Assembly (NCBI RefSeq): GCF_006345805.1
Contig: NC_042997.1
Location: 197,904,001-197,968,000, forward strand
Length of the DNA: 64,000 nt
Direction: 5' to 3'
From: Octopus sinensis
Lineage: Eukaryota
This document shows positions 49,471 to 60,940 of the stretch, in pieces. The translations under genes and the position numbers were made by a program. Below the pieces are notes generated by a model that saw only the letters and a list, made by a program, of their open reading frames with translations, did no database searches and was not told the DNA's origin. How positions within the stretch are numbered: the stretch's first letter is position 1; each line of letters opens with the position of its first letter.

Positions 49471-50098
49471 TCTTTTCTACTCTAGGCACAAGGCCCGAAA
49501 TTTTTGGGAGGGGGCCAGTCGATTAGATCGACTCCAGTACGCAACTGGTACTTGATTTATCAATTCAGAGAGGACGAAAGACAAAGTCGACCTCGGCGTC
49601 ATTTGAACTCAGACCGTAAAGATAGACGAAATACCTATTTCTTTACTACCCACAACGGGCTAAACACAGAGAGGACAAGCAAGGGCAGACAAATGGATTA
49701 AGTCGATTATATCGACCCCAGTGCGTAACTGGTACTTAATTTATCGACCCCGAAAGGATGAAAGGCAAAGTCGACCTCGGCAGAATTTGAACTCAGAACG
49801 CAGCGGCGGACGAAATACCGCTAAGCATTTCGCCCGGCGTGCTAACGTTTCTGCCAGCTCGCCGCCTAGCCTTGTTAAACATTCTTTCCTACTCTATGCA
49901 CAAGGCCCGAGATTTTGCGGGGGGGGGAGTCGATTAGATTGACCCCAGCACGCAACTGGTACTTAATTTACCAAAACCGAGAGGACGAAAGACAAAGTCG
50001 ACTTCGGCGTCATTTGAACTCAGAACGTAAAAATAGACGAGATATCACTAAGCATTTCGCCCGGCATGCTAACGTTTCTGCCAGCTCGCTGCCTGTTA
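49471..50098 (-). mobile_element. SINE family B three-unit composite with 14-bp TSD
   Basis: ATGTATTATATTAC at both 49457-49470 and 50099-50112; three cores and two heads between them. Confidence 0.85.
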
Positions 50099-50629
50099 AT
50101 GTATTATATTACATTCACGCACATACATAACGCCAATTCTATCGGTTTTATGACAACCTATACAACGGAACATATCGAATATCTATGTTGAAGTATCTGC
50201 TATTTGACAGATTGTGTGGCATTATTATCAATATTTAATACAGTAAAGACATGATAAATCTGGTGGTGCAAATATGCTAATAAGTCCCACTTCTTACATT
50301 AGTTTAAAGAGAATGGCACTATAAGTTCTCATTGTTTCAATGGTAGATAACTAGCAGCTGTTGCTGTTTTATTGTTTAACCCCAGGTTTGACAAGATTGA
50401 AAAGATTTATGATAAACAAATTTTTAAACATTGGCCATCCTGTCATAGTGTCGATCACTAAATTCTACAATGTTACCTTCGGTTTTAAAGACGATAGGGA
50501 GGTTTTGTTGTCATTTCTAGTACACCGTGCTACTTCATAGAAGCTGCTTTATTTGTACAACGTAAAGTAGAAAATAATTTACAAGATAATAAATCTCTGA
50601 ATGAGGTATAAACAGTAGCTGTGCGACAA

Positions 50630-50822
50630 TGTGAAGTATATTTGCCACTTAAATGTGGCTAACCACTAAGGGTGGATGCTACTGTAGCTTGTAGCCCCAG
50701 GAGAACAGGGTACAGAAAGTGTGTCAATAGCCAGCTGGAGAAGATGTTCTCCTGGGGCTACAAGCTACAGTAGCATCCAACCTTAGTGGTTAGCCACATT
50801 TAAGTGGCAAATATACTTCACA
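50630..50822. repeat. Inverted repeat, 78-bp arms, 37-bp spacer
   Basis: TGTGAAGTATATTTGCC...CAGGAGAACA (50630-50707) pairs with TGTTCTCCTG...ATATACTTCACA (50745-50822), one mismatch. Confidence 0.95.
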
Positions 50823-51282
50823 ATTTAAAACATGTTGGTTACGACATTGATGTTACACTCTGAGATATAAAGGATCATCTCAAAGATTATAATTCATGTA
50901 TCCTGTTAGTTATCTTACCTTTCTAATGCTTCTGAATCCTACTCTAAAATCATTTTCATTCTCCAGTTCCCTTATGATCAATTCGCAGTAGTAATTGAAG
51001 AGATGTGGTGATTTAACAGATCCTTATCTAACCCTTCCCCTGATGCTAGTGTATTCACTGCATTCTTCATCCTATCTTTATGCATACTTATTGGTTTCAG
51101 TAGAGGCTCTGCAAGGTTTGGAAATATTACCAACAAAATTAGCAGATGACATAGTCTCTAACTTGCAAAATCGGAAAAGGAACTTCAGAGATTCCCGGAT
51201 GTAGTGGTCAGAGAAATTGAAAGGAAGGGTCTGTTCATAAATAGCAAGAAGATAGAGTAAATGATTTTTGTTCCTGCTCGAG

Positions 51283-51567
51283 CGATGCCTTGCTCATAAG
51301 GGCCGGTTTCCCGGTTTCCTTGGCGTATAGGTTCCCCACCTGGACGGGACGTCGGTCCGTCGCATGTGAGCGGCAAGATGCAGGAGGAAAGAGTGAGAGA
51401 AAGTTGTGGCGAAAGAGTCAGCAGAAGTTCGCCATTACCTTCTGCCAGAGCCGCGTGGAGCTTGGGTGTTTCACTCATAAATACACACATCGCCCGGTCT
51501 GAGATTCGAACCCGTGATCCCTCGACCGTGAGTTCCCTGCTCTAACTACTAAGCCATGTGCCTCCAC
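51283..51567 (-). mobile_element. SINE family C2
   Basis: Minus GTGGAGGCACATGGCTTAGTAG A-box, GGGTTCGAATCTC B-box, GACGTCCCGTCCAGG centre. Confidence 0.85.
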
Positions 51568-52120
51568 AGAGTGTATGGTGGTAACAAAGAAGCCCAAAGT
51601 GCATGCTGAAAGTGGACAATCAAAGCCTCCTTCGACTACCTTGGAATTTTGACTACAGAAGACGCAAGATGTGTGTGAAAGACGAATAGCGCTGGCTAAA
51701 TGTGCATTTTCAAAATTGTATGACATTTTGAGAAACTGTACTCTGAGCATCACGACCTGGATCCGTATACTGACCTGCTATGTCTACCCTGTGTTAATGT
51801 ATGGAAGTGGGATATGGTCTATAACAGCACGAATGTGAAAGTGTTTCGAGAGCTGTGAAATGTGGTTCTTAAGGAGAATGTTGAGGATAGCATGAACAGA
51901 AAAGGTGTCTAATGAAGAAGCGATGACTCAGGCTGCGATAAGTAGGAAACTCGTTGTGAGAAAAGCGCTAAACAACTGAGATTTCTTGGTCATATGATGA
52001 GGAAAACAGGGCCTGGGGAATTTAGCGATGACCAGAAAGATTGAAGGGAAGAGAAGCAGAGGAAGGAGAAGGATGATATGGATGTTAAGCTTGATGAACT
52101 GGTTGGAAGAAAGAGTCATT
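51565..52120 (+). mobile_element. RTE-clade LINE, RT C-terminal fragment (decayed)
   Basis: TECMVVTK, FDYLG, RRIALAKCAFSKL..RILTCYVYPVLMYGSGIWSIT..ESCEMWFLRRMLRIA*TEKVSNEE, QLRFLGHMMRK, KIEGKRSRGRRRMIW; contains stops and frameshifts. Confidence 0.9.
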
Positions 52121-52250
52121 AACTTATGAGATAACTAAAGTTAAATATTAGAAAATATTTTTTGTATTAGCATTTTAGATTAAACGTGTATCAAAACGTC
52201 TCTGTATCAAGTGACGAATTTGAAAGCCATCTTCATTTTTTTTATATATA

Positions 52251-52652
52251 TACTAGCAGTATCGGCCGGCGTTGCTCGGGTTTGTAAGGGAAATAACTAT
52301 ATAAGCGTTTTTAGAGATGTAAAGTATAAAAGCCATCTCAATATGGCTAACCACAAAGGGGGGTGTGTTACTGTAGCTTTTTACGTTCTGAGATTTAATA
52401 ATACATTTTTAGAGAGTTACTTCCCTTATATAATAGCAAAAAATTGCATTATAAATGGGAAAAAATGATGGTAATTTTTTTTTAAATCGTAGACTCATCG
52501 TAGATGCGTGCTAATGCCCAGAATGGCTCGATATGAATTACGACTATAAGATACCCGCTTTTGGTTAAACTGCACCGCAAAATGTGGGAGTAGTTAAGAA
52601 TCTAAATTGTAGGAGACAGACAGCACACAACCTCACTTTTATATATAAAGAT
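52251..52652 (+). mobile_element. Helitron-like element, copy 2
   Basis: TACTAGCAGTATCGGCCGGCGTTGCTCGGG to ACTTTTATATATAAAGAT. Confidence 0.72.
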
Positions 52653-52659
52653 ATAGCTG

Positions 52660-52790
52660 CCTGACAACCGGTGTTGTTTACGTTTCTGTTACTAGCGGTT
52701 CGACAAAACCCTTAAAATGAGCACTTCGACTAACCCTACAATGTGATGTTCCAGCATGGCTGCAGTCCAATGAGTGAAACAAGTAAAAGT
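52660..52790 (+). mobile_element. Old SINE family A 3' fragment
   Basis: TGACAACCGGTGTTG..TCCAGCATGGCTGCAGTC..GAAACAAGTAAAAG. Confidence 0.7.
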
Positions 52791-53939
52791 GTAATTGAAT
52801 TTTGAACCCTTGTGATACTTGGTGTCACCTTTAAACCCAACTCATTTTGTTTCGTGTTCAAGTGAACCACGTACCAGTTCCAGAAAACTTCGCCAATAAA
52901 ATATATTACAGACTCAAATAAAATTGTTTGATATTTCCACCGAAATAAGAAACAGCACACAAGAAGTTATTATGGTTAATTGCTCCAGACACAGAAGTGA
53001 ATATACTTACTTTTGTACTGCTCTACGGGGCTAAACTCCAGTTTCTGTGTTATTGAACAATTAAAAGACAAATCTCCTCGTCAATCAGATACGAGTGTTC
53101 TTGTAGTAACCTTCCTCACAGCCGGTCACTTCAAATGCAAAACTGAAAATGCTTTTATTTTTTTACTGCTCTCTGGTGCTGAATTCCAGTCTCCATGATA
53201 TTGAGCAAGTAAAAGACAAATTTCGTAGCCAATAAGACAAGTTTTCCCCAGGTAACTTTCCTCACCACTGGAATAAAATTCAGCTGCATAAGCCCGTGCG
53301 TCACTATCAATTTTACGGAGTTAACCACTGATTATAGCAGTAAAATACACACCTCCATGGTAATTAAGCTGAGAATTACGTATGTAAACTGAGAATTACG
53401 TATGTTTGTGGTGTCCAGAGATCGTAGCACCTGTGACGGAATGCGAACTGGTAGCTTTTTTATAAATGTCACAAATCTATTCACTTGACTACCAATGTTC
53501 TGTGCCCAAATAAGGATTTATCATATCATTGTTGAATACCATTTAGTGAATGGAAATGTATATGTGTGTTAGCCATTAACGCTAGAGTGGTTTCTTTAGA
53601 GAACTCTTCTATTAAACAGCATATAAACTATTTTAATATATAAACAAAATGAAAATGGCTTTCAAATTCGTCACTTGATACAGAGACGTTTTGATACACG
53701 TTTCATCTAAAATGCTACTACAGAAATTATTTTATAATCTTTAACTTTAGTTATCTCATAAGTTACGAGACGATGGCTCTACTTGTGACGCTACTGTTGT
53801 CAAAAGCAGAAATTTGGAGAAAGAACACAAATCATTATTAAGTTATGTAAATTATTTAGTTAACAGCTAATACAATAAACATAAGAAATATGCTTCGTTA
53901 TCCATGGATAATTATAAATTGGTCACTATTTCATTCAGA

Positions 53940-54186
53940 GTGGAGGCGCGTGGCTTAGTGGTTTGGGTGTCAGCATCCTGATCGTAAGATTGTAGTTTCG
54001 ATTCCTGGTCCGGGCGACGCATTGTGTTCTTGAGCAAAATACTTCATTTCACGTTGCTCCAGTCCACTCAGCTAGCAAACACGGGTAACGCTGCGATAGA
54101 CTGGCGTCCCGTCCAGCTGGGGAACACATACGCCACTGAAACCGGAAACCGGGCCCATGAGCCTGGCTAGGCTTTAAAAGGGCGCA
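53940..54186 (+). mobile_element. SINE family C1
   Basis: Near-identical to 28231-28479. Confidence 0.9.
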
Positions 54187-54200
54187 TTTATTTATTATTT

Positions 54201-54560
54201 TACTAGCAGTATCGCCCGGCGTTGCTCGGGTTTGTAAGGGAAATAACTATATAAGCACTTTTAGAGATGTAAAGTATAATAGCCATCTCAATATAGCTAA
54301 CCACAAAGGGGTGTGTGTTACTGTAGCTTTTTACGTTCTGAGATTTAATAAATTTTTAGAGAGTTACTTCCCTTATATATGCCAAAAAATGCATTAAAAA
54401 TGGGAAAAATTGATGGTAGACGCGCGCTAATACCCAGAGGGGCTCGATATGAATCACGACTATAAGATACCCGGTTTTGGTTAAACTGCACCGCAAAATG
54501 TGGGAGTAGTTAGGAATCTAAATCGTAGGAGACAGACAGCACACAACCTCTCTTTTATAT
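54201..54560 (+). mobile_element. Helitron-like element, copy 3
   Basis: Same termini and body as 52251-52652; a SINE A tail abuts its 3' end. Confidence 0.72.
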
Positions 54561-54976
54561 ACTCTCTTTACTCTTTTACTCTTTTACTTGTTTCAGTCAT
54601 TTGACTGCGGCCATGCTGGAGCACCACCTTTAGTCGAGCAAATCGACCTCGGGACTTATTCTTTGTAAGCCCAGTACTTATTCTATCGGTCTCTTATGCC
54701 GAACCGCTAAGTGACGGGGACGTAAACACACCAGCATCGGTTGTCAAGCAATGCTAGGGGAACAAACAGAGACACGCAAACACATACACATACACACATA
54801 TATACATATATACGACAGGCTTCTTTCAGTTTCCGTCTACCAAATCCACTCACAAGGCATTGCTCGGCCCGGGGCTATAGCAGAAGACACTTGCCCAAGA
54901 TGCTACGCAGCGGGACTGAACCCGGAACCATGTGGTTGGTTAGCAAGCTACTTACCACACAGCCACTCCTGCGCCT
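54561..54976 (-). mobile_element. SINE family A, full length
   Basis: (ACTCTTTT)n tail to CCACTCCTGCGCCT head. Confidence 0.93.
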
Positions 54977-55781
54977 TCATTCGAGATTTCATTCAGAATC
55001 GCAATATCCAGTCTTCCAAAGGACTATTATAATCTATCGCCAGTTCGAAAAACTATTGAAATTGTAAAAATATTATACAATCTTTCAACAAAATTAAGTA
55101 TGCCTTTTCTCCTTGATCTAACTATACACTAAGCCGACCAATTAAGAATGACTCAGTAATTATAAGTCCATGTGAAAAGAACAAGTGTTTGTATTCTGTT
55201 TCAAGTTGTATGCAAAGATGAATGCTAATTGAATAGAGCTTACATCGCCATTTTATTATATCAAGATACAAATTGTAAGCTTATAAATATAGTTGTCGAT
55301 CGTAAACTAAACGTTCTGCTAATTGCAATTAAATAGCATAACTGATGTTCTGTCATTGAAATGAGGTTGACAGATTCTTTAGAAAAGAGGTTAACAAATA
55401 GACATATGATTATTTCATCCTTCTTCAATCAGCCTCTTACGTTGATTCTTGATTCTGAAATCCCTTTACATAAATATAAAACATCTTTAATTAAAATTAG
55501 ATTAATCTGTTATACGATGATTATATCTCACAATGTATATGATACCGGTCATTGTTTCTGAAAATTCCTTTCCTCACCACCTCCCTCATTGTAACTAGTA
55601 TATGTCAATGTATATTCTTTCAGAATATAACCGATATGTGATATATTAAGAGGAATTTGATACAAATAAATTAAATCTGAATCTAATATGTATGAAACGT
55701 TACGTAGATACAAGATAAGGCCACAAAACATTTTATTTACAACAATTTATATGCCTATATATAGTCACACACACATATAAA

Positions 55782-55872
<91 letters not shown>

Positions 55873-55945
55873 TTATCTATATGTATTTATAGATACAGTG
55901 TATGCAAATATTATGTATGAATGTGTGTGTGTGTGTGTGTGAGTA

Positions 55946-56460
55946 TCTATAGCACTCCAGAGGTCAATAACAAAAAAGATACACCGCGTGAGGGGCATTG
56001 ACTATTGAGATCGACTCAACCTCTATGCTCTCCAACGCCAATGGAGCGCTACATCATTTCTGTGATGTGGAAAATATTCCATCAATATTGCACAAATGAT
56101 GTTGGCATCAATTTTAAAATCCATCCAAGACTTGGCCCCCGTGCTATCCGCCCACTACAAAAATCGAACTCAGTACACATAGCAACATTATGTCGCAATT
56201 ACTTTACCTCAACTGGTCCTGCTCTCTTTAATACCATACCAAAATATGTCAAAAGGGAACAGATCCAATAAAATCCACATGTTCACTGGGCAAATTTCTT
56301 CAAAGCATCACGGACCAACCTCCTACACCCAGATATGTCTCCAACAATAATTATTTGCTAGAGTAGGCTATGGTGCCCCATATATGACTCAAAGATTTCA
56401 CCAGGTGGTGCTATTGAGTTAGACATGGCATGGCCGAAATCTATCAAAGTTATCAAAGTT
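55946..56460 (+). mobile_element. LINE 3' end (CR1/L2/Jockey-type RT C-terminus and 3' UTR)
   Basis: LQRSITKKI..GIDY*DRLNLYALQR / ERYIISVMWKIF..GINFKIHPRLGPRAIRP..YFTSTGPALFNTIPK; ends in a tandem TATCAAAGT tail. Confidence 0.8.
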
Positions 56461-56489
56461 ATATATATATATATGGGTGTGTATATCTA

Positions 56490-56491
56490 TG

Positions 56492-56572
<81 letters not shown>

Positions 56573-56716
56573 GTCTGTCTGTCCGTCCGTCCGTCCGTCC
56601 GTCCGTCCATCCATCCATCCATCCATCCATCCATCCATCCATCCATCCATCTATCCATCCATCTATCCATCTATCTATCCATCTATCTATCCATCTATCT
56701 ATCCATCTATCTATCC

Positions 56717-56786
<70 letters not shown>
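56490..56786. repeat. Compound tetranucleotide microsatellite CTAT-CTGT-CCGT-CCAT-CTAT
   Basis: Direct inspection. Confidence 0.95.
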
Positions 56787-56787
<1 letters not shown>

Positions 56788-56885
56788 ATTATAACAGATT
56801 CCATAGCATTAAAAAAAAAACGATTTTAAAAATCACCCTTACACTATGAAAACTGTATCAAGTAATCCTCATGGACTTTCATATA

Positions 56886-56946
<61 letters not shown>

Positions 56947-57650
56947 GATGTATGTATGTATGTATGTATGTATGTGTGTGTATGTATGTATGTATGTATA
57001 TAAAACCCAGACATATATGTTTACATATATTTTGATACAGCTTTATACACACACACTTAAATATGTGTTTGTGTGTGTATGTATGTTTATATTACGTATC
57101 TGTATGTATTTATCTTCTATATATGTGTGTGTGTGTGTGTGTATGTGTGTGTGTATGTGTGTTTTATATCTTCTGCTTCCTGTGGTAACGGTGTTCTTAT
57201 TTGTTTCGGTATCCTACATCCAATTATGGCTTGATATTGATGTTTTAAGACATTTTAAATTCTTTATAGTTTTCCAGTATTTTCTCTTTACTGCCGTTAA
57301 AGCTGTGCATGCAAATTCACATACATATGTCGAACGAAATGGTAAAAGAACTGCCATTTAAAATTCCTACAAAATTTGAAATTCTAATTTCATATTCACT
57401 CTGAAAAACTCTCAGTTACTCTTGAAAAAAAAAAAAAAGAATTAAAATTCAAGATTTGAATTTCATGAGATTCTGTAAATTCTTTGTGAGTCTTCAAAGA
57501 AAGATGTTTCACCTTTTCCACTGTTTCGTTGTGTTGGCCTTTGACAGAATCGAGTTAACAATTGTTGAAGTCTAGTAGGAAATATTTATAAAACATTACG
57601 ACATTTCAAAAAAAAAATTAAGCAGGTTTCATACTTATGTTCGTCAAACA

Positions 57651-58058
57651 GGCACAAGCGTGGCTTTGTGGTAAGAAGTATGCTTCTCAACCCCGTGCTT
57701 GCGAGTTCAATCCTACTGCGTGGACCTTGGCAGGTGTCGTCTACTATAGCCACGGTCCAACCAAAGCGCTCTGAGTGGATTTTGTAGACGGAACTGAAAG
57801 AAGTCCATCGTGTCTCTGTCATTATCTGACTGCCTGTTTGTCTCTGTGTGTATCTGTTTGTGTGTCTGTGTTTGTTCTCCCACCATCGCTTGACAACCAA
57901 TGTTGGTGTGTTTACGTCCCCGTAATCTAGTGATTCGGCAAAAGGGAACATTAGAATAAGTACTAGGTTTACAATGAGTAAGTCATGGGGGTGATTTGTT
58001 CGACTAAAGCGATGCTCCAGCATGGCTGCAGCCAAATAATTGAAGCAAGTAAAAGAAT
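57651..58058 (+). mobile_element. Old SINE family A copy
   Basis: GTGGCTTTGTGGTAAG head; CGCTTGACAACC; AAGCAAGTAAAAG tail. Confidence 0.8.
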
Positions 58059-58327
58059 ATATATATATAAATTAAATAATGAGGGTAGAAATTGATATTA
58101 ATCAATTAGAACCAGTGGCGTAGCATATTTAAAAAATCCGAAAATCAAAAATTATATTACATACAAAATTAAGGGAAATGACCACCAAAGTGGACTCCTA
58201 CTATACTAAAGATAAACGTCAAATCGCCATACTATGAAGAGTGAGTTCGCAAGAAAAATTTCAGCAAAACGCCAGAATGTAAGAATGAGCAAGATAAATG
58301 AAAATATTCGAAATAAAAAACGATTAC

Positions 58328-58393
58328 CTACGTACCAATGGTTTCACTTGTTAATATTTACGAGTGTAACTATCTGCAAGCTCATCAGCGTAG
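58328..58393 (-). ncRNA. Type I hammerhead ribozyme motif, intact core
   Basis: CUACG-CUGAUGA-GCUUG(long loop)CAAGU-GAAA-CC(AUU)GG-UA|CGUAG: 5-bp stem I, 5-bp stem II, GUA cleavage triplet; lies in a probable PLE-type terminal repeat at about 58070-58470. Confidence 0.72.
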
Positions 58394-58609
58394 TCTGTCG
58401 CTTACAAAACATAATTTCCAGAACTAGAAATAGAACGCTTACCCGAAAGAGATCAAGAGATTATGTATAAAGTTCTGCATTTATATTTGAGTGTATTTTT
58501 CAATTGTCTTCATTTCTCTAAGTGGTAAATTAGCTGCAGAAATTTATCAACTGCAGAGTTATTTCCAGCCTCAGCTCGCCAAAATGAAGACATTTGAAAA
58601 ATACCCCCA

Positions 58610-58822
58610 AATTCTAACTGGGTCCCACCTGCAAGGTCACACGCTGTTTATCATGATATAAGATCACCATGTCGCGCACATATGGTTGTGATGCACGTGC
58701 CTGGTGTACCTTTATCAGACCGGTAGCTATGAAGGGTATACTGGGCTTTGTATATTTTACCCTAGTGTCACTTCCATGGTATGCACTGCTCTCTCACTCA
58801 TTAATAATAATAATAATAATAA
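58610..58822 (+). mobile_element. Probable LINE 3' tail ending in (AAT)n
   Basis: ...GCACTGCTCTCTCACTCATT(AAT)n; identification rests on recalled similarity only. Confidence 0.35.
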
Positions 58823-58824
58823 TG

Positions 58825-58960
58825 GATTGAGGAACAAAGTTCTAAGGGGAGGGCGTTAACTGATCCCATCGACCAAGTACAAGACTGATACTTTATTTTA
58901 TCGACCCAGACTTAAAGCGACACGATTTGAACCCAGAACGTGAAGGCTATTTTGAAGCAG
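58825..58960 (-). mobile_element. Old SINE family B copy
   Basis: GATACTTTATTTTATCGACCC..GATTTGAACCCAGAACG. Confidence 0.55.
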
Positions 58961-59164
58961 CGGAGGGGCGATAAAAGTAACACAAGAAATAGTTAACCAA
59001 TAGCTGTAAAATAAAGATTCATTATGACCTAACGTCTTCGGAGTCACAAGAATATTCTTATTTAAGAATAATACATTTTTTACTCTACAAAAGTATAGAG
59101 TAACACGTCAGTTTAATGTAAAATTGTTTATAACTGAAAATGTAAGAACAAACGTATATACGTT

Positions 59165-59326
59165 TTTTTTTCTCGTTATCTCCATTATTTTTTTCTCCGT
59201 TACTTTTTCTGTCAAAGAGGGAAGGCTCGAAATGTCAAAGACTTTTCCGTGCTTTCCGAGCATTAAACTAATATACCTGCTTGTTGTTCCCTTACCTGTC
59301 TTTATCTTTTGTTTTCTGAAAATTTC

Positions 59327-59330
<4 letters not shown>
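59165..59330 (+). mobile_element. Family E repeat with degenerate HHR motif (59205-59240)
   Basis: UUUU-CUGUCAA-A-GAGG(gaag)GCUC-GAAAU-GUC|AAAG, then ACCTGCTTG..ACCTGTCTT as in 16397-16570; followed by (TA)n. Confidence 0.6.
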
Positions 59331-59364
<34 letters not shown>

Positions 59365-59439
59365 ACATGTGTGTGTGTGTGTGTGTGTGTGTGAGGAGAG
59401 AGAGAGAGAGGGAGTGCGTGTACTATAAATATGTATATG

Positions 59440-59480
<41 letters not shown>

Positions 59481-59984
59481 GGAGTTAAACGCAGGTGTTA
59501 TTCAAATACTTTTACTTCTGACACGTATTTCGAAGATATCACTGGTATTATTCCAAAGGAATAAAATGGTGTAAAACAATGTAATCTTCTCTTCAGGGAA
59601 ATGAAGAAATGAAACTCGTCAATAAGACATTTTAACAGAAAATGATAGATATGTATAGTGATTTACTGAATGCTATTAAGTTTGTTTAAAAAAAAACAAA
59701 AAAACGTTAGAGGATAACGAAAAAAAAAGGTAGCCTATAGAAAGAGGAGTGGTAAAAAAATCAAATAAATGAGAAGTATATAACTATATGTATATTAAAT
59801 AAAACCATATAGACTTGGAAAAAGATATATCAAGTGAGTGTGAAATGTAAGAAGAAAATTAATTTTTAAATTATATATAATGATAGATATCACTTATATG
59901 AACTAAAGGTGTGTTTCTGCCAATGTTTACATCAGTATGCACGCTCTATAATATACATACACACACAAACACCTCCCCCACATA

Positions 59985-60168
59985 TATATATATATGTCTA
60001 TCTATATGCATACACATATACCTTTATATATGTATATATAAATATATATAAACAGATATATACACACATATATGTATGTAGGTATATATGTATGTATGTA
60101 TGTTTATATATATATATATATATATATGCATGTATGTATGTATGTATATATATACATCTGTATGTATG

Positions 60169-60203
<35 letters not shown>

Positions 60204-60212
60204 ATATATATG

Positions 60213-60273
<61 letters not shown>

Positions 60274-60365
60274 TATACATATATATGTATATATATATAT
60301 ATATATTATATATATAACATATATATTATATAGTATATATATATATATATACATATATATGTATA

Positions 60366-60403
<38 letters not shown>

Positions 60404-60446
60404 CATATATATATGTATATAATAATATATATGTATATTATATATC

Positions 60447-60482
<36 letters not shown>

Positions 60483-60940
60483 ATATACATATATATATAT
60501 ATATACATAATATATATATATACATATATATATGTATATAATATATATGTAATATATTATAATATATATATATATATTACATAATATGTATATATATATA
60601 TAATATAATATATATACATATATATGTATATATATAATATATAACATAATATAGTATATATATATATACATATATATACGTATATATATAATACATATAT
60701 ATATACATATATATAATATATTTTTATATATATAATACATATATATATATATATATTTTATATATAATATATACATATATATATAATATATTATATATAT
60801 ATAATACCTATTTTTATATATATATATATGTATGCATGTATATTATTATATATATATTTTTATATATATATATACCTCTTTTATAATATATATATGTATG
60901 CATGTATATATATATATATATATATATAAATATATATATT
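59985..60940. repeat. About 950-bp imperfect (TA)n tract
   Basis: Direct inspection; source of the YI-repeat ORFs. Confidence 0.97.

Larger units (their letters stand above)
52122..53763. mobile_element. TIR element, about 130-bp arms, TA flanks (Tc1/mariner-like MITE candidate)
   Basis: ACTTATGAGATAACTAAAG...CATCTTCATTTT (52122-52248) pairs with AAAATGAAAATGG...CTTTAGTTATCTCATAAGT (53636-53763); TA at both ends; no transposase ORF seen. Confidence 0.6.

Noticed and set aside
17824-49942. Recurrent peptides MRNWYLFNRPRKDERQSRPRRNLNSER and RASFSFRLPNPLTRLWSARGYSRRHLPK
   Set aside because: They are incidental reading frames of SINE families B and A, not a gene family.
59909-60776. Long ORFs of YI/IY, TH/HT or LSIY repeats (also 1119, 35011, 42179, 56425 and others)
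   Set aside because: They are translations of (TA)n, (CA)n and (CTAT)n microsatellites.
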